Of a stretch of DNA of 64,000 bases, positions 25,829-40,913 are shown one piece after another. The position numbers and the translations under genes are program-made. The notes beneath the pieces were generated by a model. That model searched no databases, was not told the origin of the DNA, and saw only the letters and a program-made list of their open reading frames with translations. Every line of letters starts with the position of its first letter. Position 1 is the first letter of the stretch. The stretch lies in the NCBI GenBank assembly GCA_963712745.1, contig CAVQJC010000001.1:46271-110270 (forward strand), written 5' to 3'. The stretch comes from an uncultured Chloroflexia bacterium. Lineage in GTDB: Bacteria; Chloroflexota; Limnocylindria; Limnocylindrales; CSP1-4.

Positions 25829-27631
25829 CTAGCCCTTCGCCGCCACGTACTCGGCCAGCTCGGCGGGCAGCTCCACGACCGGGGTCTGGCGCACCCTCAT
25901 GGCCTCGCCCTCACGAGAGGTCGTCACGTTGACCTTGTCCCACTCGTCGCGCATGCCCACGTGATCGAGTCGGGAATGGGCGCCGCGGCTTTCCTCGCGC
26001 TCAAGCGCCGAGCGGGCGATGGCCTCGGACACGGTGAGCATGCTGCGCAGCTCGAAGACCAGGTCCCAGCCGGGGTTGAAGCGGCGCGGCCCGGTCACGC
26101 GAAGTCCGCGCCAGCGCTCCTTGTAGCCCTCGATACGCTCGATGGCAGCCCCCAGGTCAGACTCGACGCGGAAGATGCCCACCAGCGACGACATCGTCGC
26201 CTGCAGTTCCTCGTGCAGCCGGTTGGGGTCTTCGCCGGACTCGCGCTCGAAGGGCGCATACATGGCCTCGACCGACTCATCGACGAAGTCCCCTGACAGC
26301 TCCTCGACCGCTGGCGCCGACGCCGCCGCGTCCGCCGCTGCCTCGCCGGCCCGCCGCCCGAAGACGAGCAGGTCGGTCAGCGAGTTGCCTCCCAGGCGGT
26401 TGGAGCCGTGCAGCCCCGCGGCCACCTCACCCGCGGCATAGAGCCCGGGCGTGGTCGTCTGGCCCGCCTCGGCGTCGACGCGGATGCCGCCCATGATGTA
26501 GTGCATCGTGGGCCCGACCTCCATCGGGCCGGCCGTGATGTCGACGTCGGCCAGCTCCTTGAACTGCTCATACATCGAGGGCAGCTTGGCGCGCACGCGC
26601 TCGGCCGGCAGGTAGCTGATATCGAGGAACACGCCACCGTGGGGCGAGCCACGGCCCTCCTTGACCTCGGTGTAGATGGCGCGGGCTACGTTGTCGCGGG
26701 TGGACAGCTCGGGTGGGCGACGATGGCTACTCTGACGGCCCTCGGTGAGGTCGTCGACCCAGGCGCGTGCCTCCTCGTCAGTGGCGGCGTACTCGTGGCG
26801 GCGAGCCTCGGGCAGGTAGTCCCACATGAACCGCTTGCCTTCCGAGTTGCGCAGGATGCCGCCCTCGCCGCGGACTGCCTCGGTCACCAACAGGCCCTTG
26901 ACCCCGGCGGGATGGACCATGCCGGTGGGATGGAACTGCACGAACTCCATGTCGATGAGCTCGGCACCCGCGCGGTAGGCCAGCGCCTGGCCATCGCCCG
27001 ACGACTCCCAGGAGTTGGACGTGACCGCAAAGGCGCGGCCGACGCCACCCGAGGCGAGGATCACGGCCTTGGCCGGGAAAGCCACCGGCTGCCCGTCCAT
27101 GCGGCGGTAGCCGATGGCGCCGTTGACGCGGCCGCCGCTCATCGAGAGGCGGGTGACGATGACCTCCTGGTAGACCTGTGCGCCCACTGCCACGCTGCGG
27201 TCCTGCAGCGTGCGGATGAGCTCGAGGCCGGTGCGGTCGCCGACGTGGGCCAGGCGCGGGTAGGTGTGGCCGCCGAACGGCCGCTGCAGGATGCGGCCAT
27301 CGCGGGTGCGGTCGAAGACTGCGCCCCACTCCTCCAGTTCGCGCACCCGGTCGGGCGCCTCCTTGGCGTGCAGCTCGGCCATGCGCGGGTTGTTGAGCCG
27401 GTAGCCGCCGACCATCGTGTCACGGAAGTGTGTGGTCCAGCCGTCGCGGTCGTCCACGTGAGCCAGAGAGGCAGCCATGCCGCCCTCGGCCATGACCGTG
27501 TGGGCCTTGCCCAGCAGCGACTTGCAGACCACGCCCACCGAGAGGCCCGCGTTGATGCAGGCCACCGCGGCACGCAGTCCGGCGCCGCCGGCGCCGATGA
27601 TGAGGACGTCGTGTGGTCGGGTCTCGATCAT
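25829..27631 (-). CDS. sdhA: Succinate dehydrogenase/fumarate reductase flavoprotein subunit
   Basis: DVLIIGAGGAGLRAA, HTVMAEGGMAA, FVQFHPTG, RLGGNSLTDLLVFGR, ESRGAHSR. Confidence 0.95.
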   Translation of the reverse strand: MIETRPHDVLIIGAGGAGLRAAVACINAGLSVGVVCKSLLGKAHTVMAEGGMAASLAHVDDRDGWTTHFRDTMVGGYRLNNPRMAELHAKEAPDRVRELEEWGAVFDRTRDGRILQRPFGGHTYPRLAHVGDRTGLELIRTLQDRSVAVGAQVYQEVIVTRLSMSGGRVNGAIGYRRMDGQPVAFPAKAVILASGGVGRAFAVTSNSWESSGDGQALAYRAGAELIDMEFVQFHPTGMVHPAGVKGLLVTEAVRGEGGILRNSEGKRFMWDYLPEARRHEYAATDEEARAWVDDLTEGRQSSHRRPPELSTRDNVARAIYTEVKEGRGSPHGGVFLDISYLPAERVRAKLPSMYEQFKELADVDITAGPMEVGPTMHYIMGGIRVDAEAGQTTTPGLYAAGEVAAGLHGSNRLGGNSLTDLLVFGRRAGEAAADAAASAPAVEELSGDFVDESVEAMYAPFERESGEDPNRLHEELQATMSSLVGIFRVESDLGAAIERIEGYKERWRGLRVTGPRRFNPGWDLVFELRSMLTVSEAIARSALEREESRGAHSRLDHVGMRDEWDKVNVTTSREGEAMRVRQTPVVELPAELAEYVAAKG

Positions 27632-27635
27632 CGGT

Positions 27636-28475
27636 CTAGAGGAAGCCCCCGATGATGGGCGTGGACGTGTTGATGATGTCGAGCGCGAGCGCCCGCACGT
27701 AGAGGTCGACCACGACGATGCTGAAAAGGCTCGCCCAGGCCCATACGCCGTGGTACTGGTTCCAGGCGCTCACGCGCTGCCAGATGCCGTGGCGTCGCCT
27801 GGTGTTGGCCGTGCAGCTGAAGCAGTCCACGCTGCCCCCGACGAGGTGGCGGAAGGAGTGGCAGCTGAAGACATAGAGGCTCACCAGGATGGCGTCGGCG
27901 GCGATGAGGAAGACGCCGATGCCCAGTCGGACCCCACCGTCGTGGAGCATGGACACGACCAGGTCCCACCACAGCACCGCCAGCGGGATGAACGCGAGGT
28001 AGAGCGTGAAGCGGTGCGCGTTCATGAGGATGAAGGGGAACTTGTTCTCCATCGCGAAGCGGCGGTGGATAGAGGGCTCGCCCACCGCGCAGGCCGGCGG
28101 GTCGAGGAAGAACGCCTTGTAGTAGGCGCCGCGGAAGTAGTAGCAGGTACCGCGGAAGAGCACCTGGATCCAGAGCACCAGGATGGCCGGGCTGAACCAG
28201 CCGGGCAGCACACCCTCACCAAGCGCGATGCCGAAGAAGGGCGAGTGATAGCCCTCCGCCACATAGTCGACGCCGAAGTACGGGATGCCGAAGACGGCGG
28301 AGGCGGTGGCGTAGACGATAAATAGGGCCAGGCCGACGGCGATGAGCCCCGGCTTGATGATCCAGCGATCGACCCGCAGCGTCGAGCCGAAGCCGCGCCG
28401 GGCGGACCCCGTCGGCTTGGTCGCGGGCGTCGGCTCGACGCGACGGCCCTGCTCGACGCCTTCAGAGACGGTCAC
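27636..28475 (-). CDS. Putative single membrane-anchor subunit of the succinate dehydrogenase
   Basis: 279 aa with about 5 TM segments and conserved His/Cys residues. It is the first gene of the sdh operon. It resembles the one-subunit anchor of three-gene sdh operons such as mycobacterial Sdh1 (from memory). Confidence 0.65.
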   Translation of the reverse strand: MTVSEGVEQGRRVEPTPATKPTGSARRGFGSTLRVDRWIIKPGLIAVGLALFIVYATASAVFGIPYFGVDYVAEGYHSPFFGIALGEGVLPGWFSPAILVLWIQVLFRGTCYYFRGAYYKAFFLDPPACAVGEPSIHRRFAMENKFPFILMNAHRFTLYLAFIPLAVLWWDLVVSMLHDGGVRLGIGVFLIAADAILVSLYVFSCHSFRHLVGGSVDCFSCTANTRRRHGIWQRVSAWNQYHGVWAWASLFSIVVVDLYVRALALDIINTSTPIIGGFL

Positions 28476-28667
28476 GGGCGGCGGCCGAGCTGCGGTGTGG
28501 GCGCGGGCATCATCACGAGTCCTGCGTGGTCCCCCTGCGGTGGCGGTCGAACGGTCGGCGGGTCGTGCCGGTCAATGTACCGCATCGTTGGTGACCGATT
28601 TGCAGCACCTGCGCCACCACAGCGCCCACGCGGGGGTCCGGGCGGCGCGCTATGCTGAATCGCGACC

Positions 28668-29839
<1,172 letters not shown>

Positions 29840-29843
<4 letters not shown>

Positions 29844-30727
29844 GCATCCTCGTTGGCGCGGACACGCGCCTCATCGTCCAGGGCATCACCGGTCGCGAAG
29901 GCGGCTTCCATGCCGGACAGATGCTGTCCTACGGCACCAACATCGTGGCCGGCGTGACACCAGGGAAGGGCGGCCAGACTGCGCTGGACGAGGCCGTGCC
30001 GGTGTACGACACCTGCGCCCAGGCGGTCGAGCAGACCGGCGCCAACACCAGCGTCATCTTCGTACCGGCCTTCGCCGCACCGGACGCCATCATGGAGGCG
30101 GTCGGTGCCGGTATCGAGACCATCTTCGCCATCACCGAGCACATCCCGGCGCTGGACATGATCCCGGTCGTGGCCGAGGTCGAGGCACACGGCGCGCGCC
30201 TGGTCGGCCCCAACTGCCCCGGCGCGACCACGCCCGGCCAGGCCAAGGTCGGCATCATCCCCGGGTCCATCCATCGTCCCGGACGGGTCGGGCTGGTGAG
30301 CCGCTCGGGCACCCTCACCTACGAGGTCGTACAGGCCATGACCGACGCCCGCATCGGCCAGTCCACCTGCGTCGGCATCGGCGGCGATCCGGTCAACGGC
30401 AGCGACTTCATCGACATGCTCGAGCTGTTCGCTGCCGACTCCGACACCGACGGGGTCGTGCTCATCGGCGAGATCGGCGGTGGCGCCGAGGAGGCCGCTG
30501 CGGCGTGGAAGGCGGAGCACATGCCAGACACGCCGATGGTCGCCTTCATCGCCGGCCGCACCGCGCCGCCCGGGCGCCGTATGGGCCACGCCGGCGCCAT
30601 CATCAGCGGCAGTGGCGGGACGGCGGAGGCCAAGATCGGTGCGCTCGAGGCCGCTGGCATCCGCGTGGCCGAATCACCGACCCAGATCCCGCGGATGCTC
30701 ATCGAGGCCGGCATCTCTCCCGACTGA
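29840..30727 (+). CDS. sucD: Succinyl-CoA synthetase alpha subunit
   Basis: [43 protein letters not shown]. There is a 4-nt overlap with sucC. Confidence 0.95.
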
Positions 30728-31019
30728 GGAGGTGGTTCCTCGCTGCTGTGTTTGGCAGCGACCCAACCCAGGTCACGACCGAGTGATGGTCGATGCGGTC
30801 CTCGCTGCTGCCCCGGGCTCCCGGACCGGGCGCTGGCTGGGGCCGCCCGGCCCGGCTGACCCTGGCGGCGATGACCACACTCCGTGCGCCTGGCATCGGT
30901 CGCATCAGGAGGGATACGGACCCGCCCAGGCGTCGATGGGTCAGGCGGGCACCCGAAGGCCGTGTGGGGCATGACGCGGAGCCGGACCGTCCCGCGGGAC
31001 GTCCGCCGCGGGCCGAGAG

Positions 31020-31052
31020 GACGCGACCCCGACGCGTGGCCGGGGTCGCGTC
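31020..31052. terminator. Perfect 11-bp GC-rich hairpin between convergent sucD and the RTX-like gene
   Basis: GACGCGACCCC, an 11-nt loop, then GGGGTCGCGTC. There is no clear U-tract on either strand. Confidence 0.4.
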
Positions 31053-31074
31053 CTGAGCGTGCGCTGGTCGGGCG

Positions 31075-31569
31075 CTAGGTCCTGACCGTGACCTTCTCGC
31101 AGCCGGTGACGAGGTCGCTGGGGTCGACGAAGGCACGATCGCGGTCGCCATCGCCGCAGTCGACGAAGTCGGCCCCGCCACCCGCGGCCCGGATGACGTC
31201 GTCGGCATCCCCGCCGAAGAGGCGGTCCCGGCCGGCCCCGCCGGTCAGCACGTCGCGACCGTCGCCACCGCGGAGGACATCGTTGCCCAGGCCGCCGTAG
31301 AGCTCGTCGCCCCGCCCGCCGCCGCGGACCACGTCGTTGCCGGGACCGCCGAGGATGAGGTCGCGGCCATCCTTGCCGTAGAGGGTGTCGTTGCCGCCCC
31401 GACCGCCGATGCGATCGTGGCCCGGGCCACCCTCGAGCTGGTTGGCCTTGTCGTCGCCCTTCAGCACCTCGTCCCAGGGAGGACCGAGCCCGGCGCCGCT
31501 CACGCCCGAGCCGACCAGCATGAGCGCGAGCAGCGCCACGCCCAGCGCCTTGAGGATCATCGGTCTCAT
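31075..31569 (-). CDS. Secreted protein with hemolysin-type (RTX) calcium-binding repeats
   Basis: Start ATG at 31569 with GAGGAGG upstream. Signal peptide MRPMILKALGVALLALMLVGSGVSG. Tandem GGxGxD nonapeptides (GGPGHDRIGGRGGNDTLYGKDGRDLILGGPGNDVVRGG...). Confidence 0.75.
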   Translation of the reverse strand: MRPMILKALGVALLALMLVGSGVSGAGLGPPWDEVLKGDDKANQLEGGPGHDRIGGRGGNDTLYGKDGRDLILGGPGNDVVRGGGRGDELYGGLGNDVLRGGDGRDVLTGGAGRDRLFGGDADDVIRAAGGGADFVDCGDGDRDRAFVDPSDLVTGCEKVTVRT

Positions 31570-31761
31570 CACGTACCTCCTCGTACCCTGGGATGCCTGC
31601 TGCGCGACAGCCGTGCGGCTCTCATCCCAAGCGTTAGATCGCAGCATCGGGCTAAGGAACGCGCGGGTCATCGGGACTTGGCTCAGCCCTCGCCTTATTC
31701 GCACGCACGTGGCGGTCGATCGGCCGGCACAGCTTGATGCGTGAGCTGGGCCTGGTCCGAG

Positions 31762-32121
31762 CTAGGCGCCGGACTTGAGCTCACGGAGGCGTGCGTCGCT
31801 GATGCCCAGGTGGTGGGCGACCTCGTGGTCGAACGTCTCTTCCACGCCGCGTCGGAGCGCGGCGGGGTCCCGGTAGGTGCGCATCAGTGGACCGCGGAAG
31901 AGCGTGATCTTGCTGGCCACAGTGGCGTGGTCAGCACCGTAGACGGTACGCGGCACGCCCTGGTAGAGCCCCAAGAGGCCACGAGCGCCGACGCTCTGCA
32001 GCTGCGCCTCGTCGGGTTCGTCCTGCACCACGATGGCCACGCTCGCCAGTTCGCCGCGATACGGCTCGGGCAAGGCAGCGACCGCCGCGTCCAGGGCCTC
32101 CGCGAAGGGGTCTCGTTCCAT
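31762..32121 (-). CDS. Zincin-like metallopeptidase family protein (HExxH)
   Basis: ALPEPYRGEL...VAIVVQDEP...LGLYQG...ITLFRGPL...FDHEVAHHLG. Start taken at the MERDPF ATG (32121). Confidence 0.7.
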   Translation of the reverse strand: MERDPFAEALDAAVAALPEPYRGELASVAIVVQDEPDEAQLQSVGARGLLGLYQGVPRTVYGADHATVASKITLFRGPLMRTYRDPAALRRGVEETFDHEVAHHLGISDARLRELKSGA

Positions 32122-32643
32122 GCTCTGAGCGTACACAAGTGCCCCCGACCCGACCGCACGCGGCGGCATCTGCGGGCTGAGGTCGGACGCTCTGGGATCG
32201 CTTCGGGTTCGACCCGCGTTGCGTTCGTGATCGCCGCTGAGCCGTCCCGCAGGAACTCGGCCCGGCGGTCGCTCGTAGACTCATCGTGGATGGGCCGAGT
32301 GAGGCACTCCTCGACGAAGGTCACGATGGCCCCGACGGTCTGGAGGGTCTCCCCGGTCATAGCTCGTCACCTCTCGGCGGTCATGCCGCGCCCATCGAGG
32401 TGTACTACTCCGGGGCCCCTTGGCACTCGCAAGCGCGGAGGCCGGGACCCCTTGCGGAGGGCCGGCGCGGAACGACATGCAGGCTCGTGCGGCCGGCATC
32501 ATGGGCTCCGCCGGGTGGCAGATGTCCATGACGGATCCCGAATCGAGACCGAGCGCCGCCCGGAGCACGAGCGCGCTCAGCAACACCTGGACCAGGGCGA
32601 CGATGGAGCTGCCATGGGACCTCGGGACAGGGCGGGCTCCGGG

Positions 32644-34215
32644 CTACTCCCGTTCCACCGTTCCGTGGGCCATCGGCTCCGTCTCATCCCTGCGCACGAC
32701 CTTCGGAGCCAGGAAGGCCACGCCGATCGCGGCCGCGATGAGCAGGACGGACGCCACCAGGACCGCGTCCCCGACACCGCCCACGAAGGCCGACTTGGCC
32801 TGCTCCACGAGCCGCTCGCCTTCGGCGCCCATCATGGCCACGATCGGCGACGCGGTGAAGGCGATGGAGCCGAGCACGCGCTCTGCGACCTGGGGCGGCA
32901 GCTCGGCCACCGCCTGGGCCATGCCGTCGCGGTAGCCCTGATTGAGGAGGCTGCCGAGGATGGCGATGCCGAAGGCACTACCGAGCTCGCGGGCCGTGTC
33001 GTTCCAGGCCGAGGCCACGCCCTGCTTCTCCATCGGCAGCGAGGAGGTGATGGCGGTGGTGGCCGGCGTGCCGGCCAGGCCCATGCCGAAGCCGAAGAAG
33101 AGCAGGCCGGCCAGGAAGTGCAGATACGACGATTCCACCTGCAGCTGACTGAGGATGAGGAAGCCGATAGCCATCGAGATGAGCCCGACCGGCCCGGTGC
33201 GCCGGAAGCCGATCCGCTGCGCGACCACGGGGGCTGTGCGCGCGGTCGGGATGAGCACGAACGGCAGCGGCAGGAGTGCCAGTGCCGCTTCCAGCGGCGA
33301 GCGGCCGGTCACGAACTGCAGGTACTGCAGGACCACGAAGAAGAAGCCGAACGCGGCCATGAACTGGACGGTCAGCGTCAGGCTACCGGCGCTGAAGCCC
33401 CGGAACCGGAACAGGCGTGGGTCCAGCAGCGGCTGCTTCATGCGCAGCTCCCAGAGCACGAAGGCGATGCCCGCGAGGATGCCGAGGCCGATGGCTCCCA
33501 GCGTGAGCGGCTCGGTCCAGCCCTCCTCGGGGCCCTCGATGATGCCGAACACGAAGGCCGTGACCGCCACCAGCGAGAGCAGGGCACCCACGATGTCGAG
33601 CGCGGGCGGATGCTCGTCCACCGACTTGGGCACGACCGCGAGCGTGCCGATGAAGCCGAGCGTGGCGAAGAGGACGTTGAGGCCGAAGAACGAGGTCCAC
33701 GGGAACCACTCCAGCAGCAGCGCGGTGACGAACAAGCCCAGCACGGCTCCGCCGCCGGCGATGCCGACCCACACGCCGATGGCGCGACCCCGCTCCTCCT
33801 CGGGGAAGGAGGTGGTGATGATCGACAGGGTGGTGGGCATGACCGCGGCCGCGCCCACACCCATGATCATGCGCACTGCGATGAGTCCATCGGGGTCGGT
33901 CACGAACAGGCCCAGGGCCGCCGCCCCGCCGAAGATGAGGAGGCCGACCGCCAGCAGGAGCTTGCGCCCGTAGCGGTCGCCGAGGGCACCGGCGAAGAGC
34001 AGCAGGCCGGCGAAGATGACCGTGTACGAGTCGACGATCCAGGTCAGCTGTGTCTGGGTCGCGCCGGTATCCCGGGCCATGCTGGGCAAGGCCACGTTGA
34101 GGCCGCTCACCGCCGAGATGACGGCCATCAGCGACAGGGCCACCACCCCGAGCAAGACACGCCGCTGCCTGGGCGTGAGTTCGACCTGTCCCCCGGCTGG
34201 ACCGGTTGCTGCCAT
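32644..34215 (-). CDS. MFS transporter, DHA2/EmrB-like (about 14 TM segments)
   Basis: LDSTIV-like VSGLNVALPSMARD, GALGDRYGRK, and many TM segments. Start at the ATG at 34215 (MAATGPAGG). Divergent from the TetR gene. Confidence 0.85.
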   Translation of the reverse strand: MAATGPAGGQVELTPRQRRVLLGVVALSLMAVISAVSGLNVALPSMARDTGATQTQLTWIVDSYTVIFAGLLLFAGALGDRYGRKLLLAVGLLIFGGAAALGLFVTDPDGLIAVRMIMGVGAAAVMPTTLSIITTSFPEEERGRAIGVWVGIAGGGAVLGLFVTALLLEWFPWTSFFGLNVLFATLGFIGTLAVVPKSVDEHPPALDIVGALLSLVAVTAFVFGIIEGPEEGWTEPLTLGAIGLGILAGIAFVLWELRMKQPLLDPRLFRFRGFSAGSLTLTVQFMAAFGFFFVVLQYLQFVTGRSPLEAALALLPLPFVLIPTARTAPVVAQRIGFRRTGPVGLISMAIGFLILSQLQVESSYLHFLAGLLFFGFGMGLAGTPATTAITSSLPMEKQGVASAWNDTARELGSAFGIAILGSLLNQGYRDGMAQAVAELPPQVAERVLGSIAFTASPIVAMMGAEGERLVEQAKSAFVGGVGDAVLVASVLLIAAAIGVAFLAPKVVRRDETEPMAHGTVERE

Positions 34216-34241
34216 GGTTACGCTCCGTGCTTGACTATTCC

Positions 34242-34271
34242 CCAACTGGTGAAATGATATTCTCCAGGTGG
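34242..34271. promoter_or_regulatory. Candidate TetR operator: imperfect palindrome CCAACTGGTGAAA-TGAT-ATTCTCCAGGTGG
   Basis: 10 of 13 positions are symmetric. It lies in the 76-nt divergent MFS/TetR spacer, next to a TTGACT hexamer (34231-34236). Confidence 0.4.
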
Positions 34272-34291
34272 TGAATACGCAAGAGGTCCAC

Positions 34292-34930
34292 ATGACCAAG
34301 CCGACGCGCGGGCGCAGGCCCGCTGGAGCACAGACGCGCGAAGCCATCGCCGACGCTGCCCGGAGGCAGTTCAGCGAGCACGGCTACCGCGACACGACGC
34401 TGCGAAGCGTGGCCGCCGAGGCGGGCGTCGACCATCGGCTGGTGCTCCACTACTTCGGCTCGAAGCGTCGTCTATTCATCGAGTCGGTGCGGCTGCCGGT
34501 CGATCCGGAGGCGCTGCTGGCACGGGTCTTCTCGGGTGGTGGCAACGACGTCTCAGGTCAGGTAGCCGAAGCCCTTGTCGCCGCGCTGGAGGACCCCGAC
34601 ACGAGGCAGGCCGCCGTGGCCCTGATGCGAGCAGCCGCCTCTGAGCCGGAGGCGGCCCAGATCATCCGCGAGATCCTCACCGACCGGGTGCTCATCCCGC
34701 TGACCCAGCGCATCGGCGGCGACCGCCCGCAGCTGCGGGCCAGCCTCGTGGCCTCGCAGTTCGTGGGTCTGGCCATGGCCCGCTACGTGGTCATGATCGA
34801 ACCGCTGGCCTCGGCCCCGCCCGAGCAGATCGTGCAGGCCCTCACTCCCGTGTTCGAGCACTACCTCTTCGGCGATTGGGCCGACGATGGCCCCGGCGAG
34901 CATCAGCCCGCGAGCGGGTCGCCCTCGTAG
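34292..34930 (+). CDS. TetR/AcrR family transcriptional regulator
   Basis: HTH motif REAIADAARRQFSEHGYRDTTLRSVAAEAGVDHRLVLHYFGSK. The ATG at 34292 with AAGAGG upstream is preferred over the GTG at 34268. Confidence 0.85.
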   Translation: MTKPTRGRRPAGAQTREAIADAARRQFSEHGYRDTTLRSVAAEAGVDHRLVLHYFGSKRRLFIESVRLPVDPEALLARVFSGGGNDVSGQVAEALVAALEDPDTRQAAVALMRAAASEPEAAQIIREILTDRVLIPLTQRIGGDRPQLRASLVASQFVGLAMARYVVMIEPLASAPPEQIVQALTPVFEHYLFGDWADDGPGEHQPASGSPS

Positions 34931-35373
34931 CCGAGCCGGTCCCAGGCGGGACCGCCCGGTGCCTCGATGAGCTCGGTCAGGACGCCGTTGCAGGAGCGCG
35001 GATGGATGAAGGCCACCGGGCCCTCGGCGCCCTTGCGCGCCTGCTCGTCGATGATCTCGATACCCCTGGCCTTGAGATCGGCCAGGGTCTCGTCGACGTC
35101 GGGAGTCTCGAAACAGACGTGATGGAAGCCCTCCCCCTTCTTCTCGAGGAATCGGGCTACGCCGGTCGTGGCCGAAGTCGGCTGAACCAGCTCGATCTTG
35201 GTCTCGCCCACCTCGAGGAAGGCCACGATGACCTCGTCCGACTCGATGGGCAGCACGAGTCCGACCGCCAGGCCCAGCGTGTCGCGGTAGAAGGCGAGCG
35301 AGGCCTCGATGTCGCGCACGATATAGGCGACGTGATGGACGCGGCTGAACGTGCGACCAGCGACCCCGGCCAT
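34903..35373 (-). CDS. mce: Methylmalonyl-CoA epimerase (VOC/glyoxalase fold)
   Basis: VHHVAYIVRDIEASLAFYRDTLG...IELVQP...FLEKKGEGFHHVCFE...FIHPRSCNGVLTELIE. ATG at 35373 with GGAGGA upstream. Confidence 0.85.
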   Translation of the reverse strand: MAGVAGRTFSRVHHVAYIVRDIEASLAFYRDTLGLAVGLVLPIESDEVIVAFLEVGETKIELVQPTSATTGVARFLEKKGEGFHHVCFETPDVDETLADLKARGIEIIDEQARKGAEGPVAFIHPRSCNGVLTELIEAPGGPAWDRLGYEGDPLAG

Positions 35374-35410
35374 GCTTCCTCCTGATGCTGCGGCCGAGCC
35401 GCGTGGCTGC

Positions 35411-37069
<1,659 letters not shown>

Positions 37070-37071
37070 CC

Positions 37072-37566
37072 CTACCTCACTGTCAGGAGCTCGTCACCGA
37101 GCTCGACGCTGCCGTCCGGTGCGACACGGATCGATCCCACCGTGCCCGCGCGTGGGGCGCGTACCTCGTTCTCCATCTTCATGGCCTCGATGGCGAGCAG
37201 GCGCTGCCCGGCCTCGACGGTATCACCCTCGGCGACCCACAGCCGCACCACGCGCCCGGGTATCTGGGCCCTGACCACGGCGCTGCCGTGGTGGCCGCTT
37301 GCCACCGCCGCCTGCCCGGCTTGCTCTCGCAGCAGGGCTCGGGGCTCGTCCTCGACGGCCACCACGAAGACCCAGCCATCCACCGTGGTCTCGTAGCGGT
37401 GGACGCCGGCAGCCCGGTCGTCGGCGGACTGGGCCAGCGCTCGAACCTCCGACATGCGGCCGGTCGCGTGGGACAGGTCGGCGGGATCGCGATGGAGGTG
37501 CTCCTGGCCCAGGCCTTCGACGGTCAGGCGGTAGTGGCCCCGGTGTCCGGCTCGCATGTCGGTCAT
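37072..37566 (-). CDS. Biotin carboxyl carrier protein (biotinyl domain, AMKM)
   Basis: C-terminal [41 protein letters not shown]. The ATG at 37566 forms an ATGA overlap with the accC stop. Confidence 0.8.
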   Translation of the reverse strand: MTDMRAGHRGHYRLTVEGLGQEHLHRDPADLSHATGRMSEVRALAQSADDRAAGVHRYETTVDGWVFVVAVEDEPRALLREQAGQAAVASGHHGSAVVRAQIPGRVVRLWVAEGDTVEAGQRLLAIEAMKMENEVRAPRAGTVGSIRVAPDGSVELGDELLTVR

Positions 37567-39094
37567 GACCAGGGCTCCTCGCCCCATCCCCTGGCCTGCT
37601 CGCCACAGTCCACCGTCGACCTGGGCTCCAGGGCGGGTGCGGAAGGCGCGACCGCGAGCGAGACGTGGCGGACGACGGCATCGGCGGCGCGCTCGGCGGC
37701 CGCGGCGCGGATCGGCGCAGGATCCCAGTCCCGCGCCACCATGTCCGTCCGCAGCCGTCCCTCCGTGAACTCGGGATGTGCCAGCAGCCAGGCGTGGAAC
37801 GGAAGCGTCGTCTGCACACCGCCGGTCTCGAACTCGTCGACGGCACGACGGGCACGCGCGAGGGCGAGATCGCGGTCCGGTGCCACGGCCAGCACCTTGG
37901 CCAGCATGGGGTCGTACTCGGCGGGCACCAGCCAGCCCTGCTCGAGCCCGGAGTCCATGCGCACGCCCGGACCTCCCGGCTCCCGCCAGCGGGTGATGCG
38001 ACCAGGCACAGGCGCGAAGTCGCGCGCGGGGTCCTCGGCACTGATGCGCAGCTCGATGGCGTGGCGGTCCGGGCTGGTCGCGCGCTGCGCGGCCGCCAGG
38101 ACCGCGGCCGAGAGCGGCCGGCCGGCGGCGATGAACAGCTGCTCACGCACGAGGTCGAGCCCGGTCACCAGCTCGGTGACTCCGTGCTCCACCTGCAGTC
38201 TGGCGTTGACCTCGAGGAAGTAGAAGGCGCCGTCGGGGGCGTGGAGGAACTCGGCCGTGGCGGCATTGCGCAGACCGACGGTGCGCGCCACTCTCACCGC
38301 CAGTTCGTGCAGCTCCCCGCGCTGGCTCGGTGTCAGCCCGGGTGCCGGTGCCTCCTCGACCAGCTTCTGGTGGCGTCGCTGGGTGGAGCAGTCCCGCTCG
38401 CCCAACGCCACGACCGCCCCGGCGCTGTCGCCCAGCAGTTGCACCTCGATGTGGCGGCCACCCTCGACGAGCCGCTCAAGGTAGACCGAGCCGTCCCCGA
38501 AGGCTTGCTCGGACTCGCGCGCGGCGGCGGTCACCGAGGATGCCAGGTCGGCCGGGTCGTCGACGCGGCGCATGCCACGACCGCCGCCCCCGGCGGCGGC
38601 CTTGATGAGCAAGGGGAAGCCGATCTCCGCAGCCGCCGCCTCGATGCGCTCGACCGCCGTTTCGTCGCCCATCGGGAGTGACTCGAACATGCCGGGCACG
38701 ATGGGCACCCCGGCCATGGTGGCCGAGGCGCGTGCCTCGAGCTTGTCCCCCAGCGATGCCAGGGTCGCGGGCGCCGGGCCCACGAAGACCAGCCCGGCTG
38801 CCTCCACCGCGGTCCCGAACGCGGCCTGCTCCGAGAGGAAGCCGTAGCCCGGGTGGATGGCCTCTGCGCCGCTCGCCAGGGCGGCCTCGACGATGACGTC
38901 CGCCCGCAGGTAGGACTCGGGCGCCGGAGCCGGCCCCACGCGCACGGCCTGGTCGGCCAGGCGGACATGGAGCGCCTCGGCGTCGGCATCGGAATAGACC
39001 GCCACCGTCTCGATGCCCAGCTCGCGACAGGTGCGGAAGATGCGCACCGCGATCTCGCCGCGATTGGCCACCAGCAGGCGCCGGAACGGCGGCC

Positions 39095-39098
<4 letters not shown>
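37563..39098 (-). CDS. accC: Biotin carboxylase subunit (stand-alone BC, no fused BCCP)
   Basis: [60 protein letters not shown] start with GGAGG about 9 nt upstream. Confidence 0.93.
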
Positions 39099-40687
<1,589 letters not shown>

Positions 40688-40913
40688 CCTGCGTCTCCCT
40701 CCGCTGGTCCGGCTCCCCGCCGTGTGGCTGCAGCATGGTACTGCCGGGGGCTGCGGTCGGTTCGGCCGGGCCGTGTCTCCACGCGCACAGACGGGCGGTG
40801 GTGCGTTGACGCACCACCCGAAAACCGATGGTGCACGGACGCACCAACCGCTAGACTCCGGGCCGGAGGCTGCGCAGTCGTCACGCGGGCCCCTTGCACA
40901 CCGGGAGGGTGTC

